Below, in pieces: positions 48,330-60,576 of a stretch of DNA of 64,000 nt. Positions within the stretch are counted from its first letter, which is position 1. Every line of letters begins with the position of its first letter. A model generated the notes under the pieces. It did not search any database, had not been told where the DNA came from, and saw only the letters and a program-made list of their open reading frames with translations. Origin of the DNA: Babesia bigemina (lineage: Eukaryota); assembly GCF_000981445.1 (NCBI RefSeq), contig NC_027216.1, positions 186,001 through 250,000 of the forward strand, given 5' to 3'. The translations under genes were made by a program, and so were the position numbers.

Positions 48330-50297
48330 TTACTGCGCCGCGGCCGTCTGACTCTCTACCGTCTTGCGGATGGCGTTCAGCCACATGCGGCGGGGGGTGA
48401 TGTTGTGCGTCTGGCAGTGCCAGTGCAGCTTGGTCTTCGCGCGCAGGAGCCGCATGCGCGATATGTCAACCACGTTCACCATGAAGCATTGCCCAGCAAT
48501 GCGGTGGTTGATGCCGATGTAGATGACGTCCATCATGGTGTCGTCCGTGCACAACATGTTGTACTCGCGCTTCGCGGTGACCAGCGTGAAAAAGTGCCAC
48601 GGGAAGGCCTCGCCGGGCTTGACGAGGTTGTGGTTGAAGATGTACGAGGCCGAGTTGTAGCCGAATTCCAGCTTTCGAATGTCCTGAGCGCCATGCGCAC
48701 ACGCCGTGGCAACGTACCTTCAGGGGGACACTGCTCTTCACTGAGAGCTTCTCGGCCTTGACGCGGCAGAAATTCAACGCGTCATCGGTCACGCGCACGT
48801 ACGTGGTGCGGAAATGCGGTGCGCCCACCAGGGGACGCTCGGCGATCATCACTTCCACGGGGGCGCGGAGCGCCTGCACGGAATGCGGGAGAGCAAAATG
48901 GAACCAACCTTAGCTACGCGTGCTGCGACCTTGCTGGTGCTGACGGGTGGAGCCGCGCACATCGTCGTGCGGCGCACGTAGGTCTCCAGAAGCGTGCGCG
49001 CGGAGAGGCTGTCGGCGTTGGCCTGGTGGACACGCGCAGCGTACGTGTCGATCAGCTGCTGCGTGCGCTCGTAGTTGCGCTCCAGCTCCTTTTCCTTGTC
49101 CTCGTGAATCTTCAAGACCTCGTCCTTGAACCGGTCGGCAAGGATGAAGCGCTGGCGGTAGAAGTCGGCCAGGTTGCTCGTGAGCGGACACTTGATCAGG
49201 GTCTCCAGGTAACGCAGCGCACCCGTTTTCTGCTGCAGGGTCTCGACCATGCCGTCGAACTCCGACTGCGCGAGGTCGCACGTGGAGAGCTTGTTGATCA
49301 GCTCCTGCAGCTCCATGACCGCGTCGCCGTAGGTGTAGCTCATGCCAGCGAACTCCGCATTGCCGGCGAGTTCGGGCATGAACGACAGCGACCTGATTCG
49401 CTCGTTCAACGTGCCTACTGACGCCTTAAGGGTTTCAGTCTCTGACATCAAGTCCTGGATGAACTCATCCTTCTCGCGGACCTGGGCCTCCAGCTGCGCC
49501 TCGTGGCGCATGCGCACAGAGAGGGCCTCGTGGCAGCGCTCGAGGTCCTTGGCGACCTGGCGCGCAGCGGCCTCGTGATGCTGCGCCCGACCGTTGAGCT
49601 TCGCGATCTCCGCCTTCTGGAGCTGCATCACCGAACGAGCGTTGTCCAGATGGCCCTGCAGCTCGTGCAGCCCCTCGATGTACGACATCCGCTGCTCGTT
49701 GATCTCGTCGAACATGCGCAGCACCACCGTGTACTTCTGCTGCAGCGCCGTGAGCATCTCGCGGTACCCCTCGCGGGTGGCGTTGGCCACCAGCGGCGAG
49801 CTGCCGCAGATGTCCCTGACCGACAGGTCAAGCGGGTACGACACGCGTTTCTCGAGGTGAGGAACGGGGTCCAGCACGTCCAGCGACGTGAAATCGCCGG
49901 TGTTCCGCTCCATGCGACCGGAATCCGGGCGCACGTCCAACAGCTTATCTGTTTTGCATGCCTTGGACATCTCCGGGGTGGGAAGCAGTTTGCACGCCTT
50001 CCGTGGGCTGTCCTGCGCCCACTTGGACTCAATGGCCTGCTTGGTCTGCGGGTTCAGATTCAGCCGCGGCGAGCTGATGAGGGAAGGCGGCCGTGAGGGA
50101 GCCGAGCCGCTGCGGTAGCTGTCGAGACCGCCATTGCCTGCATCCTCGGCTTCCGCCCTCAGCCCGTACGACAGCGACAAAAGCTCGCGTGCCTCCTTCT
50201 GGAGCTCCTCCAGCACCCTGCGGTCCCCCTTCATGCGTGCGCTGTGTGGAGCCTCGGGCGAGTGGACGGCTCTTTTGATGCCGTCCGCATCGTCCAT
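48330..50297 (-). CDS. Coiled-coil protein with C-terminal PH-like domain, multi-exon (start uncertain)
   Basis: ORF 48849-50348 (heptad-rich) splices via short introns near 48873-48908 and 48684-48718 to SSVPLK-DIRKLEFG..FTLVTAKREYNMLC (PH-like), ending at 48330. Confidence 0.65.
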
Positions 50298-51100
50298 GGA
50301 GCCTGAACGCATGTGTGAGACGGCCGGCGTGAAACACACATCCATCAATTAAGCTTACACATCACACGAACATCGCATTTTAGTGGCACTGCACGGATGT
50401 ACACGCGACCAAGGCGCGAAGGCATCAACCTTGATATGCACGCAATACGCAGGCGTGTCTTTTCGGAAAGAGACCGCGAAACATACCGAAATCGTAGCCG
50501 GCCGACTTCTCCACAGGCAGCGGAATGCCGCCAACATATCCATTCGTCATCGTTGGCCTCCAACGCTCCTAACGCGACCGAAGCCACCGCAGAAGAGGAC
50601 GTCCACCCAGCAAGGACCCCAAAAAGCCCGCAACCCAGCAGCAGACAGAACTTGTGCTGTCACTTCGACGGCGCTAAGTGTCCATAATCCGGGTTTATAT
50701 CGATGAAAGCGTCAGCAGCGGCGCGTACACGCAGCGTAGGACGGAGGCGCGTCAGACATACTGCAGTGTGAGTGCAGACATACGCGCTTCACACACCTGG
50801 CCGGCACCGAGACACACTCCGAATTACTGCGCTATAGACACGCAAAAGACGGTCAGTGATGAACTTCTGCTCGGCGATACGCGGCAGACGCCCGCGTAGT
50901 ATAGGGGTCCCTGGACTCCGCCCGTGACGCCCGTAATGATGTGTGCCCTCACGCCCGCTCACTCACAACAACCCACGGTTTCTAAGCACGCATAATCGCC
51001 ACTGATAAACCAGGAGGGACCGCCGGCAACGTACTCTTTCAGGAGGGAGAGTTATGGCGCTGCGCCCGCGCGGGGAGTACCTGTTGCTCTAGACTGCAAC

Positions 51101-51756
51101 ATGGCCCGTTGCTTCTCCGCGGAAAAATGGCCGTCGGGGTATTCCTTCACCTCCAGGTGCAGCAGCGGGGCGTACTTGTTGTGCGTCAGGCTGCTGCGCG
51201 CCGGGAGGTGGATTCTAATCGCATGTGCCGTAAGACCCGCAGATGACCCATTCACCGCCACGCAGCCGTTCGTGAGCAAGGAGCTCAGAGTCAAGTTTGG
51301 CTGCCTGACAGCGGCGGTCTTCCTAGGGATTGAGCTGCTCGGCAGGCTCAACGTGACCGAGGGTAGGCGTTGCGTATGCACCGTCAGCATGTGCAGAGCG
51401 GCTGATACTGCTCAAGGGCTTCGGCCTGCAGATGGAGTCCCGGTCGCTCTTCGGGAAGCAGAGCATCAGGACCCTGCCCATATCGGAAATATCAGACATG
51501 CTGATAAATGAGGTAGGGACCACCGCAGCAGCCACACCGGTCACGCAGGCCGTCATGATGGACGAGGTCATCTTCTACATGCTGATCACGCTGAAGAATT
51601 CGGACGAGATCGTGCTGCCATTCGAAGTGGGTCGCTGTGAATGCCTGCCGGAATACGCTGCAGAACGCCATCCCGAGGCTCAAGGGACTTCGCCTCATCC
51701 ACAGCGCCTTCAACGAAATGTTCCCCGCCGAAATGAGGCGCGCCGCCGCTGAGTAG
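51101..51756 (+). CDS. PIGH: GPI-GlcNAc transferase subunit PIG-H-like, multi-exon
   Basis: TM segments followed by LLKGFGLQMESR, ISDMLINE-A, FYMLITLK..VLPFE-NAIPRL, matching the PIG-H pattern. Confidence 0.75.
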
Positions 51757-52107
51757 CCGTCGCCATGGGGACGCGCCTTCAGGTGGCACATTTAAGTTAC
51801 AGTGTGACTCGACTGAGTCGTAAAGGCAACCCCCGCATAGCGAGTCGATGCTTTCAACCTGCCTATGGGCATTAATGTGTAACCCGTGTTGTAAAAGACA
51901 CCGGTGCTGATGCGGCTGCAGCAGCGCAGCAGTGGCACTCCATAATCGTATGTGGGCAAGGCGTAAGGCCACCAAATACACCACGACAACTGGTGAAATG
52001 CGATACCTATAACTGCATGAGCGATTGCTACAAATCTGCCGCGAATTGCATTTGCGCGCAGATTTTGAGCTGGGCGGACGGCTGTATGCCACAAAGTCCG
52101 CAGTGAT

Positions 52108-52944
52108 TCACAACGACCAGAAGAGCTTGAACAGGCCTGTCAGGTAGCCGAAAATCTCCATAACGCCTGAGAAAAACGTTAAAACGCCGGAAAGCGACCC
52201 ACCTAGCTTCGATACGCCATACAGACGTTCGACGAAGATGATGGGCACCTCCGCCACGCGGGCCTTGTATTGCTTCTCGGCGCGAATGGCGATCTCCATT
52301 TGGAAAATGTAACCTAACACCGCTTAGACACCGTGCGTAATCTTTACCCACCTCGGCCTTTGACGTCCTTCAATACGGACTCAAAGAGGGATCTGCGATA
52401 GAGGCGGAAGGAGCCGGTCAAGTCAGTCATCTTGGGCTTCAGCATGAACTGCGCCAGGAAGTTCGCCGTCTTGCTGATGAAGACGCGGCGAAAGCACCAC
52501 CCGCTGGCGCCTCCGCCACGCGCGTAACGAGTGCCGCTCACAATGTCGTAGTTGCCGGTGCGTTGGAGGCGAATCATGTCGACGATGTACTTCGGGTGGT
52601 GGGACATATCGGCGTCGAGGATCAGCACGAAGTCGTATTTGGTGTGGCGCAGGCCCTCCATGTACGCTGAACCCAAGCCAAGCTTTCCGGGGCGCGAAAG
52701 CAGCTTCAGCGACACGGAAGGATAGAGCGCCTGCAGCTCCCGGTACACATCGGCCGTGCCGTCCGGGCTGTTGTCGTCTACCAGCAAAATCTCGTACGCA
52801 ATGTTCCTGCAAACGGTCAGAAGGTCGCCAAGCAGCCTACTGTCTGCGAAGCACGTCGATCAGGAGGAATACCATATACGGGATGTTATCCTTCTCGTTG
52901 TACGTCGCGAGGATGACGGACAAATTTCGCAAAACGTCACCCAT
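52108..52944 (-). CDS. DPM1: Dolichol-phosphate mannosyltransferase subunit 1
   Basis: SVILATYNEKDNI, VDDNSPDGT, RPGKLGLGSAY, DADMSHHP, TDLTGSFRLY, GYIFQME, EVPIIFVERLYGVSKLG. Confidence 0.95.
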
Positions 52945-53081
52945 GGCGTCTAGTGGAATGAGATTCCGCACCGAACACTGGCTACGCGGTTATGCGCGTG
53001 ACGTGCCGCGCAACGCCCACACATACCCGGGGCCGAGACGAAGGCTCGCGTATGTACACACCCACTGCAGAAGATTGCAAC

Positions 53082-53951
53082 ATGGAGACGGAAGGCACAG
53101 GTAGGGACCAAAGGCGGATAATATACGAGCGCAGATGGTTTCTATGCCCAGCCAAAAGAGCTCACCGCCGCCCAGCGGAAGAAGCTCAAGAAGAAGCTTC
53201 AATTCATGGAGCTAGAATCAAAAATCGCAGAGGAGAGAGATAGTTGTATGTGTGTCACACTTTGGCATAAATGCGTGAGCAGCGCCGGACCTCAGGGCGG
53301 CGGAGGACCAGGACCTCCGACAGCAGCTTGCGGCAATTGACAAAGCTGTCTTCAAGGTGCTGGGGGACGGGAACTGCCTGTTCAGGTACTTTCACGTGCA
53401 GCTGCAGCGCTGTGCATCCACTGCAGGGCTGTTGAACACCAGCTGACGCAGGCCTGCGAACGAGGGGCTGAGCTGCCTGCACTAAGCCACGGGCAACTGA
53501 GGGAAAAGGCAGTGGAACATCTCCGGACGCACAGAGCCGACTTCGAGGCGTTCATCGACGTGCACGATAGTAGCGCAGAGGGTGTGTCATACCACTATCG
53601 TGTAATCCGTTTTGTAGGTGACGGGGACGCCTTCGAGAACTACTGCAAAAAAATGGCTCAGGACGGCGAATGGGGGTACGGGGACGGCTGTCTATTGGCA
53701 ACAAATCACGTGCAGCGGCCAGCCGGAAATAAAAGCGCTTTCAGCCGCGCTGGGTTGCAAGATTGTAGTGCACGCGATGGGAGTGCCTCCCATGGAATAC
53801 GTAAGTTGCAGTCCACGCTGTTCCGCGATCCCAGCAATGACGTCGGGCCTCTAAGATCGCTCAGGGCACCGCCGACGCCGGGTCTACGTTACGCATCACA
53901 TTTCACAAACACGCCTACGCCATCGGAGGCCATTATAACTCTACAACTTAA
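53082..53951 (+). CDS. OTU-domain deubiquitinase (OTUD6/Otu2-like), multi-exon
   Basis: Cys box GDGNCLFR, YCKKMAQDGEWG-GQPEIKALS, His box FHKHAYAIGGHYNS. Confidence 0.85.
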
Positions 53952-53979
53952 GTACGATCGTTAACTCGCTCCGCCGAGA

Positions 53980-55313
53980 CTATCGCGTCAGGTCGTGTCT
54001 GCGCAACAAGTAACCCCTGAGGGTTATTGGAGGCGGGTATGGGCTCGTTGGCACCTGGCCACGACGGTCCTTGGGCTTCCACTTGTTGTCGTATCGACGG
54101 GTGGGAGGGTCACAGACACCTGAGCAGGCTGACGCCGCCGGGGGCCGAGCAACTTACATATGAAGTTGAAGTTGGGGTCGTTCATCACCCTGAGCGCTTT
54201 CTTGGGATCGTAGTCGGCGAAGTGCAAAATCTTGTACGCAAACTCGGGCGAAAACGGGTGCCAGCCAGGGTTGCTCTTCCAGTTCTGAGCGCACAGCTGG
54301 ATGAACTCGGCCACTGAAAGTCGCATTAAAACCAAGCGCAGCTTGACCTACGCTCGAACTCGTTCTTGATGACGCTCTCTTCGGCGCCCTCCAGGATTTT
54401 GCGCGCGCGGATCTTTTCCAAGTAGTAGGGGGAGTACATCAGACGCGCCCAGTCGTTGTCTGACGGAACGTTAAAGGCAGAAAGACAACACGACCCACTT
54501 TCTCTCCGCGGACTTTGGGACTCGTCCAAAAAGAATGCGGGAGTGAACGGCACTTGGTGGCTGAAACCAACGTGTATCTTCGTCTGGAAGTTGGATCCCT
54601 CCGTAACCGGCTTCTTGCGCTTGCGCTCCATGATATCGGGGCTGCGGTCGCGCCTGGGACTCCCTCCAGGACGGGAGACCTTTATCTTCGGCTCCTTTTC
54701 CAAGCCGCTCGCCTCATCCGAGACCTCATCATGGCCGACTGGCGAACGGAGGCCGTCGTAGCCGGTGTGGGAGTCGTCGGAAAGGTCGCACTGCGTGAGG
54801 GAGGAGTCCAGAGGCACCTCTCCAGCGTTAATCAACTTCCATTGGCACTGAGGGCACTTCCACGAGCCCTCTCCGGTCGGCAGAAAGCATTGCATCAAAC
54901 ACTGCGGACAGGTCAGAACACACGCACGCCAACACACCTTGCTGTGGTAGAGCAGCTCGCACGCACCGCAGGCCAAAAACGGCCCTGCCGGGATGCCGCA
55001 CTCGGCGCAAGATGCCGGGCAATCCATAATGGCGGTCGTCTGCGACGTGTGAGCCACAACCGTACACACCTACCGGTGACGCGTCGCCAAATGGCGCGAT
55101 GCAATCCGGAGCCGACTCGTCCTCATTCATCAAGCTATGCTTGAGAGACAGGCTGGTGTCGAGCGAGCACGCGTTCTCCGAGTCGTCGACGCTGGAGCAC
55201 GAAAGAACTTCATCCTCAGGTACATCGGAGCTCCCGTTTGGGAAGACGCTGCCATCATCCAGCGAGACGTGGCTCGACAGAACATGAGCCACGTCGTACA
55301 ACATCCCCGTCAT
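53980..55313 (-). CDS. PHD finger + ELM2 (extended ELM2-like) chromatin protein, multi-exon
   Basis: CAECG..ACGAC..YHSKC..WKCPQC after removing intron 54902-54937. ELM2-like KIHVGFSHQVP and PFSPEFAYKILHFADYDPKKAL. Confidence 0.75.
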
Positions 55314-55856
55314 ATTACGGCTGGACAACAAATAACGGGCCTGGAGGAGCCCGAACAGGATGCCACGCGTAGGCGCAGCGAGCTGAGACTACGCGCCTGC
55401 GGACTCCACCGAAACACCGCGGCCAAATCGGGCAACGGTAGCGATGTGCGAATCAGCGTGGTCGATTTGCGCCTTTACATGCCGAAAATACGCTGGACGC
55501 CGGGCCACAACACCGCCCAAATTGGGTGTGGAGCAGACAGGCGGAGCAGGCACGCAACTTCACGCCGGCGAAACAGCACGCAGTGCACGAAACACGCGAT
55601 CAGTGAGACAATAATACGCACCGTAGGATGCAACGGTCGCACATTCGTCCCAGACAGAGCGAATGCGCGTTCGAGGCACCCGCGACCGAGTATGCATTCC
55701 AATGTGATCCGGTCGCGCGAAACTGAATGTGTAAAGCAAAGACGGTTAAAATGAAATGCTAAGATTACTGAAGGCGTCCGTATGGCGAATGAGCGGCGTT
55801 CCGGAGAACACCGAGCACACTCGACTTGAGGCGGCACCGGGGAGGAGGGAAGCCGC

Positions 55857-57482
55857 TCACGCCTTGAGTAACACATCTAGCTTGTTGGACTCCACTTCGG
55901 TGCCCAACACCCTAGCGACCACGTTGCACAGCGTAAACTTGCGGCGCAGCGATTCACGCACATCGCGCTCGGTGACCAGCTCCTCCAGAAGACGCACCAC
56001 CTGGGTGAACTCGTACAAGCCGTCCTGGCCGGGCAGGCTTCTCCCGTCGCGCTTGACTGGGGCGAACTCAGTAGCCAATTCCACGCGGCCGTCGTCGATG
56101 AACGGCTGGGCTCCGCGCCACGGGCGTATCCACACACCGTTCTCGGGGTTGTTCATGAACGACAGCAGCGAGTTGTCGAAGAAGACGACGCGGCTCAGCG
56201 GCCAGTCGAACACCTGCAGGTTCTTCTTGAGGTAGAAGGGCGGCACCGGCTCGTCGCGGTGGTGGTTGCCGATGCCTATGCAGTTCGCGGGCATGCCCCG
56301 CAGCGCCTGGGGAGTGCTGCTCACCTCGCAGCTCTCGCGGAAGTAGCGCACCGAGGGCGATATCAGCTTGTACTCCGGGTCCAGCGCGTGGATGATGGCG
56401 TTGGCGTACTGCCGCGTGCCCGCTGTGTAGAGCGCAACGGTGAACTGGGACGAGCGTGAGCGGAGGTAGTCGAAAAACTCCAGAACACCGGGTCGCAGAG
56501 AGACGTGCATGGTCGAGTGCACGGTGAACCCGAATATGTCCGTCTTGTATCCCTTCTCTTTTGCCTCCAACGCGTCGCATTCGTCGCGCTCCACGATGTT
56601 CACCATGTAGTCGTAGTGGTCGTTGGGGCGCTCGTGCATATGCACGAGGGTCTCGTCCAGGTCGAGCACGACCAGCAGCTTCGGCAAGTCGGTCTCCTCC
56701 GGACTCGCGGACGTCGAACTGGGGTTGTAGAGTTCGGAGATGTCTGCCTTCAGGCACTTGAACAGCGGCTCCTCCTCCAGGTAGTCCCGCAGCGCCTCGT
56801 AGCGCACCAACCTCGTGTTGTTGTAGCGGATTACCTGTGACGGAATTACATCCGCGCTGCCGACGGATTCGCGCGTCATCAACAGACGCATGGATGTGGA
56901 GTGCAGCTGGGGAGTGCAGTCGATGTAGCGAGACAGCAGCCCCATCATGCACTCGGGGGAGACAGGCGCAGCGGGGCTCGCCGACTCCACCACGGCATCG
57001 CTTTCCTCCCCACTCTCGTTGAACTCATCCATATTGGTGGGGTCGGTATCGGAAGTGGGAGTGAGCGTGGACGCATCGCAGATGGCGGCACAGCCCGCAC
57101 CGTCGTCGGGGCAGATGTCCTGCGCAGTACCCACCCCGTGCGCAAGGTCGAAATCGCACATGCGGTCCGCATATTTCACGGCATCGTCGCACCCGTAATC
57201 ACCGATTTCGTCTGACGAGTCGACGTCGGTTAAGCAAATGTCGTCTCCGCTTTGCTGCTGCGACGCAAACGGATCCGGCCCCAGGTACTTGGGAATATAT
57301 GTGGGAATGTTCTCCACAGCTGCATTACTGACACCTGTCGTTTTGGAATAACAGTCCTCGTAGTTCAGCTTGTACTTTTCCATCATGTCGGCGGTGTCCG
57401 ACCGCCCGTTCACCATGTCCACCGCGCACGCACCGTAGGCGTCAGGAGGAGTTGAATTACGCACTGAATACGTAGCCATCAT
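55857..57482 (-). CDS. NIF/FCP1-SCP family HAD phosphatase (CTD small phosphatase-like)
   Basis: LVVLDLDETLVH, LRPGVLEF, YTAGTRQYA, YFRESC, YLKKNL, VFFDNS. Confidence 0.92.
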   Translation of the reverse strand: MMATYSVRNSTPPDAYGACAVDMVNGRSDTADMMEKYKLNYEDCYSKTTGVSNAAVENIPTYIPKYLGPDPFASQQQSGDDICLTDVDSSDEIGDYGCDDAVKYADRMCDFDLAHGVGTAQDICPDDGAGCAAICDASTLTPTSDTDPTNMDEFNESGEESDAVVESASPAAPVSPECMMGLLSRYIDCTPQLHSTSMRLLMTRESVGSADVIPSQVIRYNNTRLVRYEALRDYLEEEPLFKCLKADISELYNPSSTSASPEETDLPKLLVVLDLDETLVHMHERPNDHYDYMVNIVERDECDALEAKEKGYKTDIFGFTVHSTMHVSLRPGVLEFFDYLRSRSSQFTVALYTAGTRQYANAIIHALDPEYKLISPSVRYFRESCEVSSTPQALRGMPANCIGIGNHHRDEPVPPFYLKKNLQVFDWPLSRVVFFDNSLLSFMNNPENGVWIRPWRGAQPFIDDGRVELATEFAPVKRDGRSLPGQDGLYEFTQVVRLLEELVTERDVRESLRRKFTLCNVVARVLGTEVESNKLDVLLKA

Positions 57483-58832
57483 GCAGTAGGCTACAGCACA
57501 AACAGTACGAAACGGGACTAATGACGCAATTCAATTGCAGAACTCACCGAGCAATGTTTTAAAATGAAAAAATCCCAGACGAACCTGAAAACAAGGGCAA
57601 GCAATAGGCCTATTCGGCGTACCCTAATGCAACGATAAAAAATATGTTCAAATAAAACTCAAAAACAAGTGCAAAAGTGCAAATGAAAAGTTGTGCTACG
57701 ATGTAGCAAGATCAATACCTGAGAAATAAAACTCAGTTTGGAACATTCATCGAAGAAACCTCGACACACAGCTCAACCTCTGGCGCAAACAAGGCGATGA
57801 TGCATAGAATGCAGCGCTGAAACGTGTTAAATCGCGCCCAAACCTCGGATTTTAAAAGAGATGGCAAACACAGCCAACGGCACAAACCACGATGTGTGAC
57901 TCAGGTACGACCGTAAAAACAAATTATACCGATGTGTAACGCACAAACGGCATTAATAAATAGGCTATAGGCCTAATGATTGGAATCGGAAAAAATATGC
58001 AACTAAAACAGTGCTATTGTGCAACCTGGCCCAACCACCGCGACCAGCTAGCGCCGGCAAATGGTCCACACATCATCACCAGATTTCAAGCCTACACCGC
58101 GAATCGACAACTCTCTGTGCGCCAATACTGCGCAACATGCGTGCAATGACAAAAGGAATGAGTGTGCAGTAGAAGATCACACCGTGTCGATGTGACATGC
58201 CAAAATAAAAGACGCCACTGGCGTACGTCGACCAAACACCAACTGACAGTCGACAGAACCTCAAACACACCTTACACACCCATAGCGAATCGTTTAACGA
58301 TGGGAAACCGATGAATGCGGAGGCATTCACTGGACGATGCTAGGCGTAGTCGACGTAGATGACACACCTCCAATGTGGGTAACAACGCAGACGCAATGCT
58401 TCAGGCGTACAGAGCTAACACCTCTCACTATTATAAGCGTATTGGCGTACGCATATGCTTGATGTGCAGCGGATGTGCCGACAGCCGAGTATGTGGGCCC
58501 CTAGCCACGGCAGGTGTACACTGGCTCGATGGAGATAGAATCCAGTTGGGAAATCTCTACCAATAGCCGCTACGTGTCTAAATCGACACATTTGAGCTTA
58601 TGTGGCCGTAGTCGCTGGCCGACCGTTTCGGGCTCTACGAACGCTGGGTCGTATCAACACCAACGAGTCGTAGTGTTCCCTAAGTCACTCCCATTTGGCT
58701 TATAAGAACGTGATTTTCTAAAATTTTGTAGCTGAATTATACGTTATTTTGCGACTCGCATAATTGGCGACTGAGTGTTCGCGCCGCCACCCGGAGCCGG
58801 CAGCTGAGGAAATACGGAAGGAATCGGTAAAC

Positions 58833-60512
58833 ATGGATAACGAACCTATGGACGCAGACATGTCTGACGAAGACATTGATTACGACGAGGAGTGGTTGTA
58901 CTGCCTGAGGGCAAACGAACTCGACGATGCAGTTAAGCTGCTGAAGCAAAGGCTGGTCACCAACATCCACGTGGTCGACAACAACGGCAATGGGCCACTG
59001 CACTACTGCTGCGCCAACAACCTGGCTGAAGCGGTGGTATTCCTCCTCACGGAGTGCAAGATGGGCTACTGCCGCCCGAATCACAGCGGGAACACGCCGC
59101 TGCAGTGGGCCGTGCAGACCAACAGCGCAGATGCGGTGAAGCAGCTCTTGCTGCATGACTACAGGGTCCACAGAGCTGATTACGAGAAGCTTGAGAGGTC
59201 GGATTTCTTTGAGAATGTGGAATCCGTGGTGCTGAGCGATGCGCACAGGCTAGACGATGACACGAAAAGGCACTACAACATCACGGAGTATCCGAGCAAC
59301 TACGCAGCCAACAATTGGGTGGGCATTGTGACGCCCAATAGCTTCGGAAAATCGATACTAAACGACGCGTTCAGCGCAAAGGACCAAACTATCCTGCACG
59401 CCATACTGGAACATCCCGCGTCAGCAGTCCTTGATAAACCCACCGAAACATCTCAGACGGACCTTCCGATAGAACGTGTGAGCGTCGGCGGCGTCAATGG
59501 CGTGGTCCACGCGTTCCAGTTTGGCGGCCGCATTGCGGATAACCGGCCGCCGGTCGTGAGGGCGCGCGAGTTAGAAATAAAGCAGGACGAAATCCTCAAT
59601 GCGCAATCGGCGGAGATGGACCACACCGGGGAGGTCATTTGGGAAACTGACCTCGTCGCTGCGCAGTGGCTGACGGCACTTGCGAGGGACGGCAAGTTCG
59701 AAGGCAAGAGGGTACTGCAGCTGGGCTCCGGCTGCGGCCTCTCCGCCATAGCCATGTATGTCAGCGCGGCGTTCTACCAGAAAGCCCCCCATACGCTGGT
59801 GTTCACGGATGTATGCAGCGACACCGTGCGAAACCTGAAGTTCAACGTCGAGCTCAACAAACTAGGCGCAGACGATAGGGTACGCATACACTACTTGGAC
59901 TGGACGAAACCGGACACCTGGCCCCGGGATGAGCAGGGGTCATTGCAGACGTTCGATATCGTCATCGGGAGCGACCTGGTCTACGACGCGAACCTGGTGG
60001 AGCCGTTGACCAACGTCATTCAGGCAACACTCAGCAAGGCGCATGGGGAAGTATTCTACGCATTCAAGCAAGCTAGAGATGGAGCACGCCTCATTCCGGA
60101 AGCGTAAGTTTGTGGTTCCGTGCAGTTGTGTTCGTACCGGGTGTGTCACCTGCAGCATTGAGGGTTCATAATCCCGCATATCGCTACATGGTGTCTGTTG
60201 CGCTTAAACACTCGAAATATGCGCGGTGGTAATGCCTGATGTGATGTGTACGATTTGGCACGGCAGTGGCCGCGTGATCCGTTCCGTACTCGATGACGCT
60301 GTTTTAGGCTTACCAAGCTGGGTTTTAATGTGACCACGCAACCGTCTCCCAGAGAGTTCCAGAGTAACCCATTGGAGAGTTCTAACGACAAGGTGTTAGA
60401 AGCGTTCTTCCCAGACCTGCAGGACGACGACTACACCCTACTCTACGCGACTCGTGGTAACGCCTGCACATCCGACGCGGCAGTCCACAATGACCCTGTC
60501 TATCGCAATTGA
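58833..60512 (+). CDS. Ankyrin-repeat (Yar1-like) + METTL21/Methyltransf_16-type methyltransferase fusion, 2 exons
   Basis: NGNGPLHYCCAN, SGNTPLQWA, then TGEVIWE, VLQLGSGCG, FTD, LDW, IGSDLVY. Intron 60104-60307. Confidence 0.85.
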
Positions 60513-60576
60513 AACTATGGTATAACGTTTATGGCACTAATAGATGGTCAACAAGTGTCAACCCTGCCGATGAACG

